Shown: in pieces, positions 35,701 through 44,483 of the stretch | Layout of the letters: each line of letters starts with the position of its first letter | Position numbering within the stretch: the stretch's first letter is position 1 | Assembly (NCBI GenBank): GCA_964019335.1 | Contig: OZ025649.1 | Span: forward strand, 434,001 to 498,000 | Length of the DNA: 64,000 nucleotides | DNA from: Diplonema japonicum | Lineage: Eukaryota; Protista; Euglenozoa: Diplonemea | Direction of reading: 5' to 3' | Notes under the pieces: generated by a model | The model's input: only the letters and a program-made list of their open reading frames with translations | Databases searched by the model: none | What the model was told of the DNA's origin: nothing | Position numbers and translations under genes: made by a program

Positions 35701-35894
35701 CCCTCGCTGACAAGCGTGGCAGCACTCCCTCCGAACAATGGGCAGACGTTATGTTATTTGTACAAGGCGCAAGAGGGTGGTGGAAGGTATGTGTTTCGCC
35801 ATGGGGAAAAAAAAAAGAAACAACTTCACAGGGCATCACTAACCAAATTGACACGGAGTCACCGGCATCCCCTTTGAGCGCTATGTCGCTGTGA
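32739..35894 (+). CDS. Large coiled-coil hypothetical protein (5' end uncertain; probable in-frame intron 35787-35831)
   Basis: More than 1000-codon ORF, heptad-rich; GTATG..CAG 45-nt intron near the 3' end. Confidence 0.75.
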   Translation: MMQGELGEMKQKHQELVGAGARYRTEVETLIASLHEDIQNKDLEIQRLGMVDPPGINSCDTVVEEGFGPGAGTTSLHPPITATDASTQADLGDQAHSSVVGRVLGLVEERKADIKTISELQHKLDRQSQSNRGHSDNYQSLLKTVQQQREAIALQYQKQADSLEASHVKKLEALQTKLTRTSTELNLIKLKLAQTEAVLRKTEEQLEATYVVTQTSPTTDLQLLATENYCMEKEAPVTPPAIFAMPPEPFIDHRKMAEIEEKQKKEEELHKKKEESHKKELQQLNSVIQNSSRAQEELQVKVASLEAALEAANNELSDSHDTEAELVKELKEAKHMIAKKNDDAKAFENMSIDRSKTIASLQGIKEDLNASIKALRLRLLTAETDLVQKGEAATVTRLAACKAIHSATLHRTFSNHFRKLALYTEVLRHSRVQQRYQECRFAVADLTSRCTAAEVMHANKDTQVRALASELKAVYSEKEDTQQQLVAAKEKASQHKRNYRSLAKHLKQKAARCMFQLTEHLTMLMAYRLWFAWRAHQRRQKATSKHGSLSAVASVHGDGEAAERLHIVYEYSAEWHDIYEKRDLSLRAFDKTETVNMKERLLTERGKAEAGRALLEREHNDVVVKFTRAIAGHRERLAEGHAAARFNAVRNNCLRKLGAHAVMVKSQRAREREKATAKKALERAAGELNAIDLKAKEEDLKAKAALLLKVIVNSEVALQARYWKNLISFAAMQRHNRAYEEMVIEKARVLSREKSMNTKHSECLSACNNVAVMFKYYHALSVNALKAEGARNLKRCRRRCAGVLRSQTALGVLGRCYHKWGMLVNSRSDKEMDQPEAEPPVSVVLPVKPEKPVVTTAEVRTQYQNMVSSERTNLRRVAVMVRWLAASRETGKKEMAKLREQMGLTRTRCDEQRAELNKARQLSKRIAQMQSILDEATQERAAAQAANDDLQTMAAAQEIEVQKVLKIFRYNQAQCVELGNNLSTLERSLADKRGSTPSEQWADVMLFVQGARGWWKVCVSPWGKKKETTSQGITNQIDTESPASPLSAMSL

Positions 35895-36034
35895 ACAATA
35901 GAAAGAACGAACAAAAGTGTACCTCCCCGCCCCCCCCCAGTTCATTTTCGTTGTAACCACATGGAGGAAAGAAAAAAAAGAATGTTCCCTTTTTTTTTTT
36001 TTGTTGTTGTTTTCTTTATATTTGAAATGATAAG

Positions 36035-37168
36035 ATGCTGACCTCATTCAGAAGGACAACAAAGATGCAAAAGACGTCGAAATACTACAACACACCGACC
36101 GAGGTGTATGATGCTGCCCCTGTGTTGGGGTGTGGTGATGATAAAGTGGTAGAGATTGCACAGGGTATGGTGGAAGGCTGGGTCGCGGGTGGAGAGGTTG
36201 TGAGCCGTATTTCAGGAGGGATAACCAACATGCTGTACAAAGTGACGGCGAAAAACGGCAATGCGGTGCTGATCAGACTGTACGGGGAAAATACAGATAA
36301 ACTCATCGACCGCAACGAAGAGAACAGGATTCTCGCGGAGCTGAGCAAGGTTGGGTTCGCCCCCGGGTTTTTCGGGAAGTTCAAGACTGGTCGAGTCGAG
36401 GAATTCCTCCCAATGAGAAATTTAAAACCGGAAGAGATGGCGATGAAAGAGTTCATCCCTGCCATTGCAAGGGAACTAAACAAACTTCACTCGCTCACAA
36501 TCCCACCTGTGAAGCCCTCGAGTTTGATCCCGACCATTGAAAGATTCTTAAAAATTGCGAGGGGGTGTGAGTTTGAAGGCGTGAAAAAAGCACAGCTAGA
36601 CATGCTGGAACTGGAACGCGTGGAAAGCATGTTGGAACTGTTGCAGGACGAGATTAACAAAATGTCGAACTTCATGACAAAGGTAGTCTTTGCGCACAAG
36701 GACCTTCTCTCCGGAAACGTTCTGGTCCCGACAACGTACGAGTCAGGCGAAGTTGAAAAAGTACAGATTATTGACTTCGAGTATAGTGATTGGGACTACC
36801 GAGGTTTCGACTTTGGAAACCATTTTGCAGAACACGCTGGTTTCGATTGTGACTACGATCGCTCTTATCCAACTGACGAAGTCAAACGTTCCATTATCCA
36901 ACAGTACCTCATAGCGTCTCCTGAGACCCCTGATGTACCCATTGAAGACCTGGTACGCGAAGCAGACATTTTTGCAGTCGCATCGCACCTTTACTGGGGC
37001 ATCTGGGCCGTTGTCCAGGCTCGCTATTCTCCTATCGATTTCGACTTCATGCACTTTGCTTTCCAAAGATTCTGCGGGTACCACTACCAGAAGCAGTTTT
37101 GTTACTCCGAGAAGCCTGCTGAACCCAAGAGCCTTGCTGAAATTGCCAGGATGCTAACTCCACAGTAG
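36035..37168 (+). CDS. Ethanolamine/choline kinase
   Basis: ISGGITNMLY, VLIRLYG, IDRNEE, Brenner motif VFAHKDLLSGNVL, IIDFEYSDWDYRGFDFGNHF, SHLYWGIWA. Confidence 0.93.
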   Translation: MLTSFRRTTKMQKTSKYYNTPTEVYDAAPVLGCGDDKVVEIAQGMVEGWVAGGEVVSRISGGITNMLYKVTAKNGNAVLIRLYGENTDKLIDRNEENRILAELSKVGFAPGFFGKFKTGRVEEFLPMRNLKPEEMAMKEFIPAIARELNKLHSLTIPPVKPSSLIPTIERFLKIARGCEFEGVKKAQLDMLELERVESMLELLQDEINKMSNFMTKVVFAHKDLLSGNVLVPTTYESGEVEKVQIIDFEYSDWDYRGFDFGNHFAEHAGFDCDYDRSYPTDEVKRSIIQQYLIASPETPDVPIEDLVREADIFAVASHLYWGIWAVVQARYSPIDFDFMHFAFQRFCGYHYQKQFCYSEKPAEPKSLAEIARMLTPQ

Positions 37169-37600
37169 AAGTTTTTGCCCCACCCCCCCCCCCCCTTTTT
37201 TTCCGATCACATGGTTCCCCTCGTTTTTTGTCCTCTTGTTTCCCTTTGGTGCTTTTTCCCTTTTGTTTCTCTTTTCTTCTCTTGTATGTTCCGATTGCGG
37301 TGGCGACCTGGGCTTGGCTCCGTCACGGGAGGAGCGCCTTATCCGTTGTGCTCTTTTTCTGGGGTGTCTTCCTTGGGGCGAATCCCGTTGCATTTCGAGC
37401 GAGCTACGCAGCACTCGTTGTAACTCGTTCCTGCTACCAGGCGTTGCGCGTACTCCTGGTCCTTGCCCCGCATCTTGACCATGAGGCGACGCACATCGTG
37501 TGTGCCCCTTCTTCTCCCCGCCACCGCGCACAAGTTGTCCTTTACTTTGAGCTTCTTTTTCTGTGGTGTGTATTTTAAAACGAATGCAAAAAAAACAAAA

Positions 37601-37635
<35 letters not shown>

Positions 37636-37696
37636 ATGCATATTTCCGATGTACCTAACAATGTACCATTTACACAGGTGTGGGAGGCACAGCAAA

Positions 37697-40268
37697 ATGA
37701 TGCCTGGCACACCCAAGTCAGGCTGGGGCCGGAAAAGCCATTCCCCTGGAGGGAAAAAACGGCCGAGCACACCCGGCCCTGGGCAGTACGAGCAGCATCA
37801 CAATACAATTTATAGGGACACGGTAATGGACAAGCTGTGGAAGCCGCACAAGATGGGTCAGAACAGCAGGGGCACCATGACTGAGAATGAGACGCTGGAG
37901 GAAGAGGTGGCACAACTGAATGCAAGGATCAGCCTATTGGTGAACGCTGGAGCGGACTACAGGAAGAAAGTGGACAACCTGTTCGCTGTGACGAAGGAAG
38001 AATCGCAGCAAGAAGAAAGCAAAACGAACGCGCGAGTTCAACAACTGGAAGAGCTTAGCAGGAAGCTGACAGATGAGCTGCAAAATGTGAACGGGATGCT
38101 GGGGCAGGAACGCCTTATTAATGAAAAGAAACAGCACGACATTGACCAGCTGGTGCGGGAAAATGGGGAGCTTGCTCGGGGTATTGAAGCAGCCGTCGCT
38201 GCACAACGTAGAGTCGAAGAAGAGCTTGAGACCACCGCAAGGGCAGAGCTCCAACACCGCCAGCAACAGCGGTCTTTGGAAGACAGGATCCAAGAGCTGG
38301 AGACTATTAACACGGCGCAGACGTCAGAGCTTGCCAGGCGCTCAGAAGAGCTCTTAGCAATGCAAGAAAAGCACGACAACCAGGAACGCATCTCTGATGA
38401 AACCAATGAAATCCAAAAGGAGGCAACGCGGCTGCAAATCGAGCGAGCCTCCTTCGAACAACTCATCAAAGCACTCCAGAACCGCAACCAGGAGCTGGAA
38501 CGCGAGTCTACAGAGGCCCGTACCGCTCTTGCACAGCATCCGCCTTTGGAAGCCTACAACCAAGCGTTGCAAACAGAAGCTGCCATGATCGAAAAGCTCA
38601 AGAACACCGAGAACTCAAACCGTGTGCTGCATCGGGAGGCCGACCGGAGGAAACAAACGATGGAATCCGCACAGCAAAAGGTGGAAGAGCTTTCTGGGCA
38701 TGTTGAGATACTTGAAATGAAGCTTGCTGAGTGTCTGAGTGAGAAGCAAGACGTGCCAAGAGGAGAATGCGTGTCTGTAGGGACGGATGCGCGATTAGAA
38801 GAAGACTGGAAGTTGAAGTACGAAGAACTGCAGCGGGAGCACCAGCTGCTCACTGAACACAGGGACCACGAGAGACATGTGGAAGAACAAGTGCGAGAAC
38901 TCTGCGAAGAGCTCGATGCTGAAGTCGAGCGGCTGATGGAAGAGAACAGCACACTTCGAGATGGACTGAGCACGATCGAAAACACGTTCGGGAAATTTTT
39001 ACCTGCAGAAGAGGAGCCGTCTGTAGGGGGTGAGAGCAGCGTGGTGTCAGATCGCCCGCAGCCTACACCAAGGAGAGCCCTGCTGTGCAGCAAGGAGAAG
39101 TTCACGCAAACACTGTCTGTGTTCACAAGCACAAAAGAACCTGCAGGTGTTAAGGAACAGGAGCTGGCCGGCGTAGAAACAGAGCTGAAACAGTTGAAGG
39201 CTCAAAGAGAAGCGGAAAGGACCGCGGCAACAATTGCTTTCAAAGCGAAAATCAAGGAGGTCCTGGCAATGTTTTCAAACGGCGAGACCCCGCAGGAGAT
39301 CGTGGTCGAGGTGACGTACCCTGCTGTCAGGGCGGCCGTCATGACACCTGCTCATCGGGGTGAAGTGGAGCCCCCGAGCGGGGCGGGCGGCACAGAAGGG
39401 ATTGAATTGCTAAGGCGGAGAACTGCGGAGGCAACGGAGTGGGAACGAAAATACGAAGTGACAACAATGCTGGCGCAGCAGCTAAATGACGAGAACGAGG
39501 ATCTGAAGGAGCACGTGCGCCGGCTGACGTCCTCCGACCCGCAGGCAAGGACACTGAACGCACTACTAGGGACATCGATACGATCAGCTGAGAAGCGCAT
39601 CAACGAGACTCTCTCAAGATACAAGACAGTCCTGCGGAGCAGGTCACTGCTGGTCAGCTTGGTCGCATCGTCCATGAAATCGCTCTCGCAGCTCCGTGAC
39701 GTTGCTGGGGAGATGCACATCTGGCTGAGGTCGTGCCTTGGGAACCATGCATGTCTCTTGCCCGACATCGACACACGACTCTCCGTTCTGAACGACCACA
39801 TCGAACGAACGCGAGCAGAGCACAAGAGAGTGTCCACTGAGTGCTTTACACAATGGGAAAGGACCCAGACTGGCATCGCTTCCGACTCGTCAAAGAAGGT
39901 CTCCAACTACAGAGATGTGACAGGTGACCTAAGGTCCATGGAGGACCTGCTCAACACGCTGTGGGTGTCCTTTACTGTTCAGAAGTATGTGGGCACACAT
40001 TTTTTTTTTTTTTTTTTCCAATTTTCTTTTCAAAAAGGATACCACGCAAACCTGAGCAACGGCGGCTGTACAGTCCTGTCGCTACGGCACGCGGAGGCCC
40101 GCCTCTGGATTTTGGACCGCTCGATGGGGTATGGGAAGGGTGGGGAAGATTTTAAAACACGAAAAAAAAAAAAAAAAAAAAAAAAAGGTCACGCCGCCTC
40201 TAGTTCAAATAGGACACACGGCAGGGCAACACTACCACTCTCCAGCTCATAAGGTATGGCAAATTTGA
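37697..40268 (+). CDS. Coiled-coil protein with one PGPGxY (SHIPPO-like) motif; 3' exons inferred
   Basis: STPGPGQY near the N-terminus and long heptad regions. Putative GTATG introns 39985-40037 and 40129-40187. Confidence 0.7.
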
Positions 40269-40841
40269 GACGAGAAAATAATTTCTTTTATAGGGAACAC
40301 CAAATGACGGCTTCACAACGCCTAAAACATAGATTTCCGAGTTTTTTTTTTACCCCCTCCTTTTTCTTTTCCTCATTGTTGTTGTTTTCAACTCTTGCTT
40401 TTTGTTTCTTTCTTTTTTTTTTTAGATGGATTTTTCTTTCAAGTCCCCCCCCCCCCCCATTTCCCTTTCCCCTTTTTTTTAGATGTAAAATTTCTGTTAT
40501 TTCATACCCTTCCTTCTCCGTCGCCCACGTCTGTTGTGTACTCGGAAAGAAAAAAAAAGAGAGAGAGAGAAGGGGGAAAAAAAAAAAAAAAAAAAAGGAA
40601 GAGAAAAAAAAGAGAAAGTGTAAACTGCTGTGAAAAGGGTACAGGTACTCTGTACATCTTTTTTTTTCTTCTTCTTTTTTTTTTTTTTTCTTTTTTTTTG
40701 TTTTAGTTTCATACCCTTTTTTTTCCTTTTCTCCCTAGGATTTCTATTATATTTTTTTTTTTGTTCCCCCCTTCGTCCGTTTTGAGGAGAAGAGAGAAAA
40801 AAAAAGGTCCGAAAGAAAAAAAAAAAAAAAAAAAAAGAAAA

Positions 40842-41234
40842 ATGACAAAGATTGGTTGCGCAGTTCTGGTGATGTTGCTTGCCGCTGTCGTCCCGTGCTC
40901 TGGTGGGTGGGTGGAGGAGGACGAATATGGAAAGAACTACGAACCAGGGTCCAGAGAGTACCAAAAAGATATTTGCTCTGCCTGTGAAGTCGCATTTAAG
41001 TTCATCAATGCAGAGCTGGAGAAGCCTTACGATGGCGCATCTGGTGAAATGCGGGCGGCAGTAATCCTAGACAGCAAGCCTTGCCAGTGGGCAGTAGGCC
41101 CCACAATGTCCAAGTGCTACAAGGTGATCGAGGAGCTTGATGAAGATATTGAGGAATACATCATCGAAGGCACTGTCAAGCCTGAGAAGGTCACCGCACT
41201 GTGCCACGTGTACTGCTCTGACCAGGAGCTTTGA
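40842..41234 (+). CDS. ER-luminal saposin-like (Canopy-type) protein
   Basis: Signal peptide, six-Cys saposin spacing (CSAC...C...C...C...C), C-terminal KDEL-like DQEL. Confidence 0.75.
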   Translation: MTKIGCAVLVMLLAAVVPCSGGWVEEDEYGKNYEPGSREYQKDICSACEVAFKFINAELEKPYDGASGEMRAAVILDSKPCQWAVGPTMSKCYKVIEELDEDIEEYIIEGTVKPEKVTALCHVYCSDQEL

Positions 41235-41750
41235 AGAAAGAAGAGAAAAAAAACAGGGGAGGGAAAGTAGACACTCTTTTGATACAGCATAAAGAGATTG
41301 GGTTTTTTGGGGAAAGGACGAAACATGATTTGTTGGCATGACACAACAGATCCTGTTGATTAGAGAAAAAAAGGAAGAAGGGGGAAAAGAAAACAAAATG
41401 AAAAAAGAAAAAGAAAAGCGCTGGCAGCACCACCGCCACTACTATTATCAGGAAGTCGAAAATAACGATAAAGTTTCAATCTTTTCCCCCCCCCCCCCCC
41501 CCTCACTTTTTGTTTTCCTCTTCTTTTTATTTCTTTTTTCGTTTGTTTTATTTAGGGAAAAAAAAGTCCCCCCTCCCCTTCCCTTCCCTGCTTCCTTCCT
41601 GGTATGTGGTGTGTGTGTGTGTGTGTGAAAGCAATTGCCCAACCTGTCGATTTTTCTTTTCTTCTTTCTTTTTTAAATTTCACATTTCTCTTAAAATAAA
41701 ATTGTCGCTATAAGAAAAAATCAGAAGAAAGGAGGGGGGGAAAGAAAATA

Positions 41751-42137
41751 ATGCACCCCGAACCCCAAAAAGAAGATCTGAACGACGCAAAGCGGGAAAT
41801 GAAGAATCTAGTACGCAAAATGATGTCCACCTATATCGAGATGCTCAAAGAACTAAAGAAAGAGAAAACGACAGAAAATGTATGGAGTTCCATTAAAAGG
41901 TCAGTCGGGGAAATTGAGGAAACGATGAAAGAGCTGAGTGCAAAAGAGGCCCTGTTCCGCCCAAACCAGACTGCTAAGTCTGTTCTGGACACAATTAGCA
42001 AGACAACTGACATTGTGACCACCCACACAATCAGCATGCGAAAGCTGCGAGAATCTACGGAAGGAAAACAAAGCCGGAAACGGGAAGGGACCCCAATTGA
42101 ATCTGATGCCAAACGGAAGACAGTAGAAACTTCTTAG
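41751..42137 (+). CDS. Probable Mediator subunit MED7-like protein
   Basis: DAKREMKNLVRKMMSTYIEML and FRPNQTAKSVL parallel the MED7 motifs (D.K.ELKKL..S...NFL.LL; YRPHQARETL). Confidence 0.5.
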   Translation: MHPEPQKEDLNDAKREMKNLVRKMMSTYIEMLKELKKEKTTENVWSSIKRSVGEIEETMKELSAKEALFRPNQTAKSVLDTISKTTDIVTTHTISMRKLRESTEGKQSRKREGTPIESDAKRKTVETS

Positions 42138-42237
42138 AAAAATAATTTACCCCCCCCCCCCTTTTTATTTCATTTCCCCCAGCTTTACCTCAGAACAAAA
42201 AAAAAAAAAGGGAAAAAATCGAAAGGAGGAAAATGCA

Positions 42238-44316
42238 ATGCCGCTGTATCTGGAACGGAAGCTGAAAACTAAGACCGCTGCAAAAGATGCGAGGAATGAA
42301 GATTTGTTGGGGATGTTCAGTAGTAGCACCAAGCAGGGTGTGCTTTCTGTGGTGCGGCGGCCGAGAACAGCTCCTGGTGCTCACCCTCTAACACAGACAA
42401 GGGTAAAAGTAGTCGAAACACTGACTAAAGCGCATCAAATGGAAGGCGACGGCCTGCTTCTGCTGTTGTACTACCAACTGTTCAAAAAAACATGGAACTC
42501 CCGCAAGGAGTTCCAGTCGTGCCCTGGTGCGAGGTGCCCCGACACTGTTGTGTACGAACACAACTTCCCGCAGCATTGGTACACCTACGACGCAAAGCAT
42601 GGTGAGCTCTTGAAAAGACCTGGGTCATACCTTGACACGGCGCAGATTAACAAGTTCTTCAGCCGCCCCGTCTCCAAGGAGTGCGACATCGTTGCCCAGT
42701 ACCTCTGCTCCCAGGAAAACACCGTCACTGAAGAAATGGAAACTAGCGTTGAATTCTTTACCGAGTCTTCCCTATACGACTTCCTCCACAATAGGAAAAC
42801 TCGTCCTGACGGTGTGCTGCAAAGGTTCGTGACACCAAAAGGCGAGCACAATTTTCAGATACAAGCAGTCTGGTCGCCAAAGGTCACGCTGGTCTACAAA
42901 AGAACCAACAACTACCGGATGAAGGATAAGACTGTTGGGGTATACTCGCGAGCGGTGACTTGCGATGGACCACCGCACTTCTCGAGAGAAGATCTGCTAG
43001 CTGAAAAGACACGAGAGGAGGTTGTCAAGATCTGCAACAGTTTCGTGTCGCACTTCAGCAGCACGGAGCACAAGCCGGTGTCGCGAGTTGTGATGTACTT
43101 CAAGGTTGACGACAAAGACAACATCTGGGTCATGTGGGCCAGCAGCCTGAGGATTGGGACTACAAAGTTTTCGTCGTCGCACCAGAGGATCCCGCTCAAC
43201 CTCTCCACAAAGTTCACGACGCCCGACGCAGAGCAGCGTAAGAAACGGGAAAACGTCGAAGGCATTGAGTTGGAGAGGAAGCTCCTCGCAAAGGACATCG
43301 AGCAGTACCGACTCAGTTCGGACGTCATGTTTGCCACTACATTTTGTGGGGAGCTGCGGGACCCTTCAAGGCCTGTAACGAGCAGGGCCAACGTGTTCAG
43401 CAGGTCGGAAGGGATGTATTCCATCGGGACAAGGGATACAAGCCCTACACGCATGCACACGCATGCCTTGACTACTAGTAGCAAACAGCTGTTGCTGATG
43501 GACAAACACCGCCCGTATACTGGATACAGGAAGAGGGTACACAGGAAGGACTCAAGGTTTTTTGTACCTTCCGACCGTCCTCCGTTCCTTCCTTCACCAA
43601 GACCCAATGCCATCCCGCCTCCGTGGTCTCCGACCAATCCCTTTCACAAGCAGCTTGAAAGGCTGGGGCTAGACGGGTTGGAACAACCGATGCAAGTGCA
43701 GAACGGGGAGACTACCAACGTGACGATCCAAGAGGATTCGCAAACAGTACAACTGCAACAAGGCGCTGGGGTCGCGCAGGTCTGGTGGAAAGCCACGAGC
43801 AGGACCGAGGAAGACTACAACAAACTAATGAAGAACGAAGAGGCCATCAAGGCGTGGGCGTACGATTTGTTGTATCACATCTACAGTCACACGCTGAACC
43901 ACGGGCTGAAGGTGCTGTACACGGTGAAGCCTCCTTTTGATGTGTGGGACATGCTGTGTGGGGGGGACTTCAGCAACACGCGGCATGCAGACCTTTTGAT
44001 GTCGGCCTTAGGGTTGAAAGAGTACGAGGCTGAAGAGAATCACCCGGAAAGCAGACCAAAATATTTCTTCGCAGGGTATGGCTGCTCCGCGAGGATACAG
44101 TCAGAGGACGTGGTGTTAAACCCTATCGTTGGCACACCCTCTGCGATGGACAGACCTATGGCACAGCTGAGCAAGGACATAGACACAGCCATCTCTAATA
44201 TATTCGATGAGCTCCGAAATGACTTGGAACGTTGGACGCTTGCAACACGGAAACAAAAGCTCTCCGAGCTGCCTCCTACAAATGGTGACCTCATTTCCTC
44301 TGCTGTCGATGATTAA
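42238..44316 (+). CDS. Conserved-looking hypothetical protein
   Basis: 692-codon ORF with a globular N-terminal half (GVLQRFVTPKGEHNFQIQAVWSP...YSRAVTCDG). No family assigned. Confidence 0.8.
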   Translation: MPLYLERKLKTKTAAKDARNEDLLGMFSSSTKQGVLSVVRRPRTAPGAHPLTQTRVKVVETLTKAHQMEGDGLLLLLYYQLFKKTWNSRKEFQSCPGARCPDTVVYEHNFPQHWYTYDAKHGELLKRPGSYLDTAQINKFFSRPVSKECDIVAQYLCSQENTVTEEMETSVEFFTESSLYDFLHNRKTRPDGVLQRFVTPKGEHNFQIQAVWSPKVTLVYKRTNNYRMKDKTVGVYSRAVTCDGPPHFSREDLLAEKTREEVVKICNSFVSHFSSTEHKPVSRVVMYFKVDDKDNIWVMWASSLRIGTTKFSSSHQRIPLNLSTKFTTPDAEQRKKRENVEGIELERKLLAKDIEQYRLSSDVMFATTFCGELRDPSRPVTSRANVFSRSEGMYSIGTRDTSPTRMHTHALTTSSKQLLLMDKHRPYTGYRKRVHRKDSRFFVPSDRPPFLPSPRPNAIPPPWSPTNPFHKQLERLGLDGLEQPMQVQNGETTNVTIQEDSQTVQLQQGAGVAQVWWKATSRTEEDYNKLMKNEEAIKAWAYDLLYHIYSHTLNHGLKVLYTVKPPFDVWDMLCGGDFSNTRHADLLMSALGLKEYEAEENHPESRPKYFFAGYGCSARIQSEDVVLNPIVGTPSAMDRPMAQLSKDIDTAISNIFDELRNDLERWTLATRKQKLSELPPTNGDLISSAVDD

Positions 44317-44483
44317 TTTCCATTAGTCAATGTTGTCCGCACTCTCTAGAGCTGCAGGCTTGAGGGTAAACTTCCTTGCGGCACTATTTTGTGGATGTAT
44401 ATAATATACGAACTAATATATTGCATTAGTCTTACACTTTCCACTGCCGTTCTACTCACTACTCGCCACCACAGGAAACAAAC

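Noticed and set aside
37295-37532. SRP (7SL) RNA, prompted by GCGGTGGCG
   Set aside because: No helix-8 CAGG-GNRA-AGCAG motif found on either strand.
10104-43637. Long - strand ORFs opposite coiled-coil genes (e.g. 23565..24368, 29927..30589, 42912..43637)
   Set aside because: Antisense shadows of + strand coding regions (Ser/Leu/Cys-rich, no motifs).
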